In this document: piece by piece, positions 14,173 through 26,553 of the stretch
Layout of the letters: each line of letters begins with the position of its first letter
How positions within the stretch are numbered: position 1 is the first letter of the stretch
From: Phoronis australis
Taxonomy: Eukaryota; Animalia; Phoronida
Assembly (NCBI GenBank): GCA_002633005.1
Contig: NMRA01000443.1
Location: forward strand, 304,105 to 368,104
Direction: 5' to 3'
Length of the DNA stretch: 64,000 nt
Made by a program: the position numbers and the translations under genes
Notes under the pieces: model-generated
Seen by the model: only the letters and a program-made list of their open reading frames with translations
Databases searched by the model: none
Told to the model about the DNA's origin: nothing

Positions 14173-15957
14173 TTAAGGTATCAACAGGTGGTACTGCTGC
14201 AAAAGTTATATAAGCACACTAAACAATGATATGGCCGTTAGAGGAGCACACCTGTTACTATGCCTGGTTATTGCTTACACTTTCAGTCACCATTTCATAC
14301 ACAGATGATTTTGATTGTGAGAAAATACTTCACATTGCTGGGTTTATTTTACAAAAACGTGGACGTGGGTCAATTGATTCATGAAGCCCAAATCTATGGG
14401 CTAGTTCAGAGGGGCCATAGGTGTGCAGGTGACTTGTTCCTGCATTGGCATCTGTTGGATAGTGCTTTAATAAATGTGGTGCAGTAAAGCACTCTTTGAA
14501 TAGGTTTTAGTAATGCTAGATATATTGAGCTATCCAGATAGTTCCAGCAATGAACCGTTTGGACATGTCAATCAAGCCAACAGTTCAGACAAGTCAATCA
14601 AGCTAATAATTACAGCCAATCCTTGTGTGAGAACATGCAAACAAATTGATAGTCTCCCATCTTTTTGTCCCTAAACACTGGCTGCTAATGACAGTGTAAA
14701 GCTGGTTTTATGCAACCTTTGCCTACTTGTAATGTAAAGCGCATATACCGGTATATGTAGTACGAAACGAAGGTGATTTTCTGAACTTATTTCTGGATAA
14801 ATAAGCACGAGGTGAAAAGAATTCACCTTGATGCATTTCATAAGTGTTTTTATTTACCTTAATTTCTTTATTAATTTAGTATCAAATTGTGTAGTGACCC
14901 TAGACCACCAGGGGATTCTGAAAAACTTTCAGTTGTAGTCAAATTGTGTGTTGGTGTTTTTCCCATTATCATTTATGCTATGGCATGGCTTACCAGAGCA
15001 CCTTGTCTTGTTACAGAATGCAACAGAATGTTACATAACTACTGGTGCTCCTTTGAATTGATCAGACATCTGTGATTTAGCTTGACATGTCAATGGACTG
15101 ATGTAATTAATGAATGGACTGGAGGGATTAACATCTTGGATACACCATCCACTACATGTAGTTTGTTTGCTTCCCCATGACCCATGTTGATAGTTGCCGC
15201 AAAATGTGATGAAAAACAACGTAAAGAATGTTGCTGTATGCTTGCAAAGGACTCTGGCTTTTGCCTTATTGACCGTCGCACCAGTAAATATGTTGGGCAT
15301 GGCTTGAGTGTGTTTGTCGGAACCATCCATACTTGAGCTCAAAAACTCAATTTAATCACTCATATGGGCTCTTCAAATGATATGTGAAGCAGCCTTTCTA
15401 TGCCATGTGGCTTCACTGCAGGAACACTGAACAAAGGTTGAATGACCAGAAGGTTGAATGACCGAAAGTTGTCGATTGAATAGGAGTTTGAATATAGACC
15501 ACCATATAAAAATTTGCCAAGATGTAATCAAAGTTAAGTCAAAAAGCCTAATGGTTCCTGTTTATGTCATTGGTGTGCTCAGAGTGATGTTCTAAACATG
15601 TCATAAGAACCAAATCCACATATGTTACCAAGGAAGGCAGTCTTGATTGAAATCTGCCAACGGCATGAGGTGCACTTCAAAATGACCCCTGCATTGGTGT
15701 TGCATTCAAAAAGAAGAAACCGTTGTCGTAAACTCAATGCTTCCAATTATTGAAGACCAAAGACCAGTGAGGCAGATCAACATTGGCTTATTGGCTCAAG
15801 TAAAGAACTTGAGGCAATTGTTTAACTGGTGGTCCCCAAGGCAACAGCAAAATAAGCATTATTGCTTGCTAGGAGGAAATACTTGTCTGAGATTTCTAAA
15901 GCAATCACTTTAACGAGAGGAAATTAAAGCATACTGGCAGAAGACCAAGATCTGTAT

Positions 15958-16112
15958 CTAGATGTCATTAGTGTTTCTTGAGTCCAAGCAAGGTCCTTAG
16001 ACTTCATTGGTGTTTGCCTAGTCTAGGCAAGGTCCCTAGACTTCATTGGTGTTTGCCTAGTCTAGGCAAGGTCCCTAGACTTCATTGGTGTTTGCCGAGT
16101 CTAGGCAAGGTC
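15958..16112. repeat. 39-bp minisatellite, about 4 units, each with palindrome TTGCCTAG-t-CTAGGCAA or a variant
   Basis: Unit ctagacttcattggtgtttgcctagtctaggcaaggtcc; no spacers between units. Confidence 0.9.
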
Positions 16113-18645
16113 CAGGCTGTACCTCTTTCACAACATGAAACATGCATGACTGTGTTTGGCTAAACTATTGAATTTTATTTTCCTAAATTTCTTGGTTTTT
16201 ATTCTATAATTGTTGCCAACAAGCAATGCAACAAGTGATCACCTATTGGGACAACACAATACTGTGAAGTGATTACACAGGCTGTGTTTGTTCTTGCAAG
16301 CAAAATGCAAATGGGGTTGCACCAGTCACTCATTGACTTAAAAGTTGTATTTCATTCTATGATATTTTTTGCTCAACATACCAAAAAATATCCGCAATGA
16401 TACAGTTAGCATATGGGATATTCCACTGTATTCTCTGTGTGTGTGTGTAATTGGGGATCGCTGGATTTGCACGACTCCAGGCACACGAAAGTGGAAATAG
16501 TGCAGTTGTATAGCAGCTGTGTTGGAACATCCTAAATTGAACCACCCTTACTTGCTGTGCATTGCCTGCCTGAGAATACCAACTATGTGATACAAATTGA
16601 AAAAATGAAGTGGCTCAATTCTAGTACTGTTTCTATAGACTTGTCTATTGATTTTCCATGTGCCTGACCTTTTTGTCCAGACAAGTATGACTGTATACTA
16701 TCAGTCTACCCTTTCAGTATAACAGCTGCTCCTCCACTCCCTGACTTGCACTGGAACAGATTAAAGTAAAGTGAACTTGCCTGTGATCTGACTGATGTAT
16801 TAATAGCGTGTGTTCCAAAACAACAATGACTTGATTCTTTTTTAACAGACGCGTATGCATTTGAATGGACATGATCATTGCTGACAAGTTGTTGAATCTA
16901 TAGTTTTTAACTTACATTCAACCATAGTGTTGGTGAAATTCTATCATTGTATAGTCAGAGTTTTTAAAAGTATTGTTTCGCAGGCTTATGACATTAGTGT
17001 TAGGCCTTGAGATTTACACAAGGAAGGACCCTTTTAGCGGTCATATTTGATATTTGTGCCTCTATAGACAATCTTCCTCCCTCAAGCACTGCAAGGACAT
17101 TCTCAAAATGCACACTTTTCTTTTGAACACACTTTACAAGGCTTTTTCATCTTTAGTTTATATCAAACTCACTTGATCATGTTTTTGATCATAACTGTTA
17201 TTCATACTTACTGCTATAAATGTACCTTGGTTTCTTTTTATTGAATTTTTTGAAAAGCCGCAATAACTTTATTCAATTAAAGGCAAATTGGTTTAAAACC
17301 AAATATAAAATGTTAAAGTGTTTCTATTTATATTGATTATACTTTTGTAGATATTTGCTTAATCAACAAGTCTACAGCCAAACATTGAAAAAAGTGTAGA
17401 GTTTACTAGTCAAAAAGTATATTTTTAGAACAAAGCAGAAAGTCTGAAAAATTCACTTAAATTGTAATTTTGTTTGCATTTGATGAAACTTTTGAGCTTT
17501 TCATGAAAATCTTCATTCAAGTTATTCAAAAAGCAATTTCCGACTCTTGTTTTGTAGAACAGTGTGTAAAGCAATAATATCTATCAGTTTTGTGCTAATC
17601 CAATCTGCCATTTCTGAGACAGGATGTTCTGAGATGAGCCAACTTTAGACATTGTTATGATCTTACATAACCTTAACCTGAGTTAAATAACAATTACTTT
17701 GTTTTGAGGGAATAACTAAACAGCTAGTGTTGGTCTGCAGTGTTACAAACAATCATCAGATTGTTTATAGGGGTTGGCAACAAGCTGGCTTATCAGAATC
17801 TCTAATGTGCTGTATACACCAAGATGCGGTTGTAAAAAATGTAGATGTGTTGAATTTGACATTTGTAAATGAATCGCAATAATCAATGTTTTGTCTTTGG
17901 TCTAGAGTGTCAGTGTCAAACTTTGAGCAAGTTACAAAAACATGGTGGCAAGAGCACTCGACTGGCATGATGTCAAATTATACTCTACGACTAAATCACA
18001 TCAGACAACTGGGCAAGATCATGTCATTGGTAGTTTCATACATTTATTCTGCATATGAATTGTCTTGGTTATTTTTGTCATGCACAGCCTCAGAGTCATT
18101 GTGCAGATAAGTACCCTAGTTTATTGACTTGTTCACTGTCCAAAGTCAGGACATTGACCCAGAATAGGCCAAGTTGACTTTAACTTTGATAATAATTTAT
18201 CAATTTCACCTTAACAAGGATAACTATATCTGGGTGATTGTCTCCTGGCCAAAACTTACTTGGCCTAGCAAATGTTAAATCTCAGATCATGTGTTATGTA
18301 CTCAGAATCCTCTCAGATGTAGTTTTGCTCTGAGCAAAAACTGAAATTTACTGACAGTCAATAATAGTTTCATTCTAACGTATTCTTAGCTCTTGTAGTT
18401 TATGGTAACTAATTAATGCTTACTATTATTTGCACATGCTAACACTTTTCTGGGACTTAAGTATGCATTTTTAATTCACTGTCTTATGAATTGTTTCCCA
18501 ATACACTGTCAATTTCTACAACACATTGTTTGAGGCAAATTTCTGGGAGTGACAAGCTGTATGCTTTACTCTGAAGTCTTTAAATTCATCAGCTGCTATT
18601 GTTCCATGTGACTATCATGTGACTATCTTGGTGTGGCACTTTCAG

Positions 18646-18794
18646 GGACTTCACCATCAGCTACGTTGCCAATGACAACAGTGGGGAGGAGGTGTACCTG
18701 TCGCTTCTGTCCGACTGGGATCTCGACGCAGCCTTCTTGGGCTCGTCAGAACCCTACCTGAGACTGAAGGTAGATCTGAAGCCTTTTGAACCTG
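18646..18794 (+). CDS. TBC1D25: TBC1D25-like gene, exon 3 (DFTISYVANDNSGEEVYLSLLSDWDLDAAFLGSSEPYLRLKVDLKPFEP)
   Basis: ctttcag acceptor and gtaaga donor; EVYLSLLSDWDL matches TBC1D25; phase 2 to 1. Confidence 0.92.
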
Positions 18795-19004
18795 GTAAGA
18801 ACACGGGACTGTTATTAAACTGATCATATCACCATTCACGTTGTGTTTTGACATTTGACCAGTCCCACATTCCTGTCATCCTTGAACCTGCATGTCTCGT
18901 TTGTGGATGCATCGTCATGGAAGTGTTGAATTGTGGATACTGTAAAATTTCTCTAATTTTGGACACAATGCGACATAGTCAGGTAGCACAAAACAACAAC
19001 TTTA

Positions 19005-19230
19005 CATGTGCGCACCCAGCCTTCAATATGGGGGGGCTCGAATTCCTAACGTTGTGGGCCCATTGGTAACAAAATAGGCGGTGGACTAAAACTGGTGCAC
19101 CACAACTGTGCTTGTTGGGAATTTTGTCTCATTTTCTCGGACTTTTGTTTCTCACAGGCGGACCTTTTTGCCCACTTCGCCAAATGGTGGGCTCATTCGA
19201 GCCTCCCAGACCCCCCTGGGTGTGCGCATG
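19005..19230. mobile_element. MITE with 5-bp TSD (cttta); related partial copy from 4029
   Basis: Ends catgtgcgcacccag / ctgggtgtgcgcatg; cttta on both flanks. Confidence 0.8.
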
Positions 19231-19654
19231 CTTTACCCGTCTCAATTTGTATACCATAGCCATCACCATAGCAACCACCAAACAATGTTTTGAGAAAATG
19301 GGCATTCAATGCCCATTTTCTCAAAACATTGTTTGGTGGAATCTTTGAAAAATAAAAAAGGACAATTTTAGCAATTATTTTTGTCTGATATTACTGGAAA
19401 TACATAAATGAAAAAGACTGAAAATATAAACAGTCGAGATTATAACAAAAGACATTGAAAATATGGGATGAATACATAAATTATTTATGAAATAAATTAA
19501 AAATTAATAAATAGTAGTATACCTAAGTGAAAAGTCCAGCCGAATGAGCTCTTGAAATTGCCTGTGCAGCAATTTTTTGGCTTCTCCATAACTGAAGCAA
19601 TAGGCTCATCTGAATCAGCAGGGTTTTATTCACCCTGATTTTCTGTCATGTCTG

Positions 19655-20300
19655 TTGTGAACCGTCAATATACACTGGGTCAGGGCCCATGTGGGAATTG
19701 ATGGCAATGAGAATGCAGATAGACTCGCAAAGATAGGAGCAAGTGTTCTGCATTTTGTGCGTGAACCTGCTATCCTCAGGCTGGTATCTTGCGGATGCTG
19801 CAGGATGAGTATTCGCAACTTTGTACATAACCAGTCAGCAGCCCAGTGGGCATCACTTAACTCCTGCAGAAAGACCAAGGAAAATTTTCCCAACGTGATC
19901 AAACCAAAAGGTTCAAAAATCCTTCTGTGTATAGATAGATTGGGCATAAAACACATCATTCAAATTTTGATGGGCCACTGTAACCTAGACTGACACAGAC
20001 ACATTACTGGGCATATGGGGAGCCCAGTGTCCCGAGTGTTGTACTGACATAGAAACCCCTAAACACCTGGTAGAGTCTTGCCCAGCGTCTTATAGGCTAA
20101 GGAGCAACCTAATGGATGGCACTATTACATGCCTACAACATATAGTGCATGGCAACAAATGGAAACAACTGTCCGTTTTCTTAAAGGAGACTGGCAGACT
20201 TTAAAACTTCCTTCATGAGGAACCATAATGGGGCTCTCACGCTTTAGTTCAGGTGTTTTGTGCAATGGGCCCAACCATGAGGCCTGCGCATGTCTGATGC
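19655..20300 (+). mobile_element. 5'-truncated RNase H-bearing LINE (I/Loa/Nimb-like) remnant
   Basis: HWVRAHVGIDGNENADRLAK (RNase H), then LMGHCNL and ETPKHLVESCPA (CCHC region). Confidence 0.75.
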
Positions 20301-20824
20301 ACCGCAAATGATATCAGGCCACCTGCACTTTTTTGTGAATGGTGCCATGTGGTTCAATTAAGTAGCATTCTTCTTGAAGGACATCTTCCATTCATGTGCT
20401 GAATTCTGAACAAAATTTTCGCCCAGCGTGAACTAGAGATTTTGTTTCCTTACGTCAAAGTGCCACCGTAGTTGTTTGCAGCACATTCAGTTTCATAGTA
20501 AAGTTATCTGCTTAAATCATGTTTTGTATCACCTCCAACTAGCTGAGAACCAACATTTAGATGTTTCATTAACTGGGTCAAAGGTTAGTCAGAGTGTTGT
20601 TTTTTTGAAACACCCTGTACAAACAGTGTTTACTACTTAACTCACCAACTGATTAGATGCCAGGGTTGTTCTCAATGCGAAAATGGAGTTCACAGTCATT
20701 TCAAGGTTTGTTTTTGTCATGTTTTTATTTTCAGTTTATTTGTCCTTTTTTTCATTCACAATGACTGGTGACTAAAACAATGTTTAATTTTTCTATTTCC
20801 AATCCTCTGTTGTGCTTCTTGCAG

Positions 20825-20977
20825 GTCTCATAGACTGGGACATAGTGACCCCGGCAGACATCACCCAGCCCAGGGTAACCCAGGCTTTGGACAAGAGTGC
20901 CAACATCTTCAACACCATCACTGGTACTATCACACAGCAGGTGGGACGCACCGTCTCACAAGTACAGGTGGCCTTAG
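20825..20977 (+). CDS. TBC1D25: TBC1D25-like gene, exon 4 (GLIDWDIVTPADIT...QVQVAL), contains LIR-type motif DWDIV
   Basis: cttcttgcag acceptor and gtaggc donor; phase 1 to 1 fits both neighbouring exons. Confidence 0.88.
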
Positions 20978-21364
20978 GTAGGCTCGACGTGTTGAAGCAC
21001 TATCAACTGGTCTCATGTTCTGCTGTTTGGCTTAAGTTGTGTATTTTGAAATATTTTTATGCAGCAAAAATAAGTGGACACAGCATGTTATGTCACTGTA
21101 GGTGCACTGACAGTGATCTAGAAACAGACCTCTGGTGGGTCTGCGAACCAATGGTCCCATTTTGAAAACTTGTTCACGTGGTTTCGTGGATATATTTAAA
21201 AATCAAATGTGGCATTTCTGAAAACTTTACTTTATATCTAAAAACAATCTCCGTGATGGTAGCTGATGAGTTGCAGCACTTTTTAATTGTGGTGTGAAAA
21301 TTCTGATCACTTATTCGGGCAACGAATCCGCGCTTTTTTGTAAACAACAATTTCTTCCAATACA

Positions 21365-21860
21365 TTACGGCGTTTTCCCGTTGCTCCCAACTTGTTCGAT
21401 TCTATAGCCCAACAACAAGTTGGGAAGATCACCCCTGTAGCCAATATCTTACATGACTGTCACGTCATTCTGGCATTTATGGTTGGAGGGGCAGCTCTCT
21501 TTTGTTCGATAATTGCTCTAATCTCCAATAAGATCATATCTACCCTGAGTGGGCTGTGTTGTTAAAAATAAAAGTTAAGTTATAGCATATTTGAACATAA
21601 ACCAATAGCATTTCTGAAATCTTTGTCAAATGGTGATCATGTTTAGTTTTTGAATCGCCAAAATCACCCAACTGCAACCGAGGTTACCACAATCTATTCT
21701 TTCCGAATACACCAATTCACTCTGACTTTGGTCACATGTGGTCTGTAATAACCCTGGTAGATTATTGGCCTACTTGTTGTCATAACAGACAAAAGAGTGT
21801 GCTTGGCAGTGAACAAAGAAGCTAGATGTTATCACACCCTCAGAACCCCAAACCACTGGT
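21365..21860. repeat. Inverted copy of the 10400-10862 repeat; 21585-22020 is largely re-duplicated at 22553-22920 after an N
   Basis: Direct comparison; second copy begins right after N 22552. Confidence 0.8.
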
Positions 21861-23304
21861 AAAGTCACTGAATGGGAAAACGCTGTAATGAGCTTTTTGG
21901 AAACTTGATTTTGCTGTCCTGATGATGCAAATTGATATCTATTGTAATCTTCGAAATGAGGTGATAGTGAAGATTAGTAGATAGGTATATTTTCATTTTG
22001 TACCAACTCCTACATGTTGTATTTAGGGCTGTTCCAGCAAAATCTGTGTGGGAGGAGGGGGAAGGCAACTGAAATAAAAATTTATGGGTGATTGCGTTTG
22101 ATTTAAATTCAAAATGGCTGGTGGTTGTACTTCAAAAAAATAAAAATTTACAGGTCGTTGTTGTTTCATTGGGCCATAAATGTTTGATGGTGGGTAATTT
22201 TAGTAAATTTTATAAACAATCCACACAGAATCAAAAACTGAAACAAAAATGCAACTTGCAAAAAGCTCCGACTTTTTCACTCCCTCCGATCTCCTCATCG
22301 GCATGCCCATAACACCATTTAACCACAGGTGCTCGAATTTCTCGATGGCTAATAACCATATATAAGAAACGTGTTTTCTTAGTAATGAATGACGTTAGTG
22401 GTGATGGCGGAACAGATAAACTCAAGCGCCTGTGCAGTCAACCACAAGAACAAAAAAAAAATTACGGGTGGTTGCATTTCAAACTTATAAAAAATTACGG
22501 ATGGTAGGCTGAAGAAATAAATGACAAATATGGGTGGTGGGTGCGAAAAATNGCATATTTGAACATAAACCAATAGCATTTCTGAAATCTTTGTCAAATG
22601 GTGATCATGTTTAGTTTTTGAATCGCCAAAATCACCCAACTGCAACCGAGGTTACGACAATCTATTCTTTCCGAATACACCAATTCACTCTGACTTTGGT
22701 CACATGTGGTCTGTAATAACCCTGGTAGATAATTGGCCTACTTGTTGTCATAACAGACAAAAGAGTGTGCTTGGCAGTTAACAAAGCTAGATGTTATCAC
22801 AAGCTCAGAACCCCAAACCACTGGTAAAGTCACTGAATGGGAAAACGCTGTAATGAGCTTTTTGGAAACTTGATTTTGCTGTCCTGATGTATATTTTCAT
22901 TTTGTACCAACTCCTACATGTTGCATTAATTAAACAGAAGGGTTTCTATTGGACATGTTTGATTTTTAGAATGATTCAGCAGTCGAGGTTACCATCACTT
23001 CTAGTAGGAATGGCAACCATATGTTGGCCAAAGTCTTGATTTTGAAACTGAGCAAAATAATAATTTTGATAGATTTTTGTTGCTGTAAAAGTTGATATCT
23101 GTACACAGATAATTCGTCATGTGCCAGTGGAGCACTGTAGTCTTTTTGTGATTTTCTATGGAATGAGGTGGAAAAGTATTATGCTTGTTGACTGTCAAAT
23201 GCAGGAACAGTGGCCACAGCCAGGCTAGATGTTAAGCCAGCCTGATTAGATTTTTTCTGATATTCGTATGCCATTGAACAGATTAAAGGGGAAATTTTTT
23301 ATGA

Positions 23305-24126
23305 TTTTATACACCCACATATTTATATGTGGTCGCATATTGCCGTCATCTCTGTCTGGGGGTCCGAGGCTGTATCTCCTAAACCCCTTGCAGGATCTTA
23401 TTGAAATTTGGCGAGTGTGTTCCTATGGGGTTGACAACAGAGGGCAATGAGTTTCGGACTGACCCGAATACCACTGTGCCCCCTTGTGGCAATTTTATTT
23501 TTTTATATTTGCCTCTGTGTCTTCAAAGGTCCTCAACCGATTTTCGTGAAATTTGGCACATAGACATCTATAAGTGAGATGACGCCATTTTGTTGGTTTC
23601 GAGTCTGTTTTTTGGTGTCCGTCCCTCTGTCAACCAAACCACTCTAAGAATGATTGTGAAAGTCGGCATGTATGTTTTTTCTATGAAGGGGATAGTTGAC
23701 GATGGTTTTCCGATATCTTCGAGTACTGTGGTGCCTCCTAGTGGCGTTTTCGTTTTTTTTGCACCCGTACCTGTATCTCCTAAGCCCTCTGCAGGATTTT
23801 TATTAAATTTAGCAAGTGTTTTTGTATGAAGTTAACGAGAAAAGACTACAACTTTTAGACGGAACCAATGAACACTGTGCCCCCTAGTGGCAATTTCATT
23901 TTTTTTTGTTTTCCTCTGTTGCTCTGAAGTTCCTCGACGAATTTTAATGAAATTTAGTAAATGGTTTTCTTTTAAAGAAACAACGACATTTTCTGGTTTT
24001 CAGACAGATTCGATGTATTTTGCACCATCTAGTGGCCATTTCGATGATACGAACAATACCCCTTAAAAGCACACCTTTTGCGATGCATTCGTGGGTGCAT
24101 TTCAACGCTCCACATTGCTCTTGTTT
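23305..24126 (+). mobile_element. HINE/DINE-1-like (Helentron-associated) non-autonomous element with internal repeated units
   Basis: T-rich start, sub-terminal inverted repeat atacacccac / gtgggtgcat, end ttgctcttgttt; repeated gaaatttggc and gtgccccctagtggc units; no TSD seen. Confidence 0.55.
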
Positions 24127-24243
24127 AAATTAGTAAAAATGCCAATCATTGCTTATATTTTAGATTAATTTGTAAACGTCAATTGCTGTTCTCCTGGCAT
24201 GTGAAACAATAGAGAGACACGCTAACCCCCTATGTCTTGGATC

Positions 24244-24364
24244 TGCATTCACCTCCATAGAGTAAACTTTTAAGTTCAGTAAGGAATAGGACCTTAAAAG
24301 GTCTTATTCCTTACTGAACACAGTCTGTGCAGTTCATTGAGTTTATTCTATGAAAGGGAATACA
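24244..24364. repeat. Small palindromic (foldback) element
   Basis: Inner stem gttcagtaaggaataggacctt / aaggtcttattccttactgaac; outer arms tgcattcacctccatagagtaaact / agtttattctatgaaagggaataca. Confidence 0.75.
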
Positions 24365-24790
24365 AAACCAAGTTACAACTGCAACCAATTTGTCAGGCTG
24401 TTGACATCACGTTCTATTGATCCATGGAGGGAACATAGTCACCATGGGAACAGCAGCTAACCAGGGATCTTCATTTTTGTTGAGGATAACATCAAAAACT
24501 GTTGATTTACCCTTTAAGAGTAGTTTTTCAGCTTAAAATGGCCATCTTCTGCACTGTGTGGTCATTTAGGAACCTCAGTATGAAAAAAGATGATGTACAC
24601 TGTATGTTCCTGAAAAATCACCCATGGGCACTTTCTAGTGTTGGGTGCTTTTTGAGAAATCCCTGGTAGTATTAATAGGGCAAGAGCTTTGATATGACGA
24701 ACTGCACCTTTAGCTACTTGGTTGGATGATGTCAATTTTTACGTATGAAAAGCACTTTTTTAAAACATTTATTTTCTTATCACATTTCAG

Positions 24791-26553
24791 GTATCAAAGA
24801 AGATGAAGTTATTGACTATATGCCTACGAAGTCACCATTGAACGATGAGGATTATCGTACTTTCCTGGACGTCGACGGCAGACTTAGCAAACCAGCTGAG
24901 CTGCGGCTCGCTGTGTACGAGCGGGGCATCGAAGCATCATTGCGGAGAGTTGTGTGGCGCCACCTGTTGAATGTTTATCCGGTTGGGCTGACGGGTAAGG
25001 AACGGATGGACTACATGAAGCGTAAATCTGCTGAGTACATGGGTCTTAGGGATGAGTGGAAAGGTATGATGCAGAATGGTACACCGTCAGAAGACTTGAA
25101 TGTGATAATTAACATGGTGAAAAAGGACGTACTGAGGACAGATAGGACGCACGAATTCTACGCCGGTTCTGATGAAAACCAGAACGTGTTGTCACTATTC
25201 AACGTGCTTGTCACGTATGCGGCAACTCACCCTCAAGTGTCATATTGTCAAGGAATGAGTGACATCGCTTCGCCCCTGTTGGTCATTCAGAGAGACGAAG
25301 CGACGGCTTACATCTGTTTCTGCGCTTTGATGACCAGACTGCAGTTCAACTTTATGTACGATGGTGTTGTCATGACAACCAAGTTCCAGCATCTATCAGA
25401 GCTCCTACAACACCATGATCCTGAGTTCTTTGCCTATCTTGAGATGCACGATGCTGCTGACCTCTTCTTCTGTTACCGCTGGCTCCTTCTTGAGGCCAAA
25501 CGGGAGTTCCCTTTCGACGACGCTCTCTACATGTTGGAGATCATGTGGAGCTCAATACCTCTCCAGCCCCCACAAGGGGAGCTAGCGTTGTGTGATCCGC
25601 AGTATTCGGTTCGACACCTCTCCAACTCTCCCGCTTCTCCAGTTACCAAGGAGAATGTCTACACACACTTGAGGACTTTGCGTAGGCGAGCATCGTATTC
25701 TTCCGGTTTAAATTCTCAGGCATCGAGTCTCAAGTGTTCTTGTTCACCAGTAAAGACTGTCGTCATGGAGAAGGCCTCTCCTATCGGCACCCCGGTTGAT
25801 GAACAGAATGGGACTGAGTTTCCATCTGAGATTCCTGAGGCTATGACAGCATCATTAACAGAGAAAATGTGTGCAATAAATAAATCATTGGAACCTGGTG
25901 ATAGCAAAACTGTTGGATTAGTGCCGTGTGACAACTGCATAGAGCAAGTCTCAGATTCTGACGAAAAAGCAAAAAATCCATTAGCAACTGTGAATAGATA
26001 TGATTCGTTGCACGAAGCCCTACAATTCAAATCAGTATTTTACGTCCCCTTGAGTAGTGTAGGAGGGAGCACTGAACCCCTGTCAGACCAATGCCTTAAC
26101 AAAACTTCATCTTTGTGCAACATCGGAAGCCGAAAGCTTTCACCTTCACACTTGCCCAGTTTGGTGCTAGATGGGAAGGCGCGAACATTCAGTGATTCTG
26201 GGTTCAACGACCAGGCAGGCGACGGAACCCAGAATAAAACGATAGCCAAGTCGACATCGTCGGACTACATAAAGATTGAGGGTGTGCCACTGTTCTTGCC
26301 GCCCCCTGGTGAGTTCGGTCACAGCAATCCTTTCCTCATGTTCATCTGCTTCACACTGTTATTTAGCCAGAGAGACGTGATCATGAAGAGTCGCATGGAC
26401 TATAATGACCTGGCCATGCTGTTTGACAAACTTGTGCGTAAGCACAATGTTTATAAGGTGCTTCACAAAGCAAAGGTTCTGTATCAAGACTACCTGAAGG
26501 ACTTCCAGAGGTCGTCATCCAAGGAAAACAGCTCTGACTTTGACATTATTTAG
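24791..26553 (+). CDS. TBC1D25: TBC1D25-like gene, last exon: TBC Rab-GAP domain, long low-complexity insert and C-terminal helices
   Basis: Lies within ORF 24745-26553; catttcag acceptor at 24790; LRRVVWRHLL, KDVLRT (R finger), YCQGM (Q finger), FCYRWLLLEAKREF; exon lengths sum to 2220 nt = 739 aa plus stop. Confidence 0.95.

Noticed and set aside
15958-16112. Palindromic repeats resembling a CRISPR array
   Set aside because: Units are contiguous with no unique spacers, no cas genes are present, and the context is a eukaryotic intron
22553-22920. Duplicate of 21585-22020
   Set aside because: Starts right after N 22552 and is nearly identical; likely an overlap artefact
24745-24790. ORF-track start MKSTFLKHLFSYHIS for the TBC protein
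   Set aside because: Intronic; the acceptor at 24790 joins exon 4 in phase
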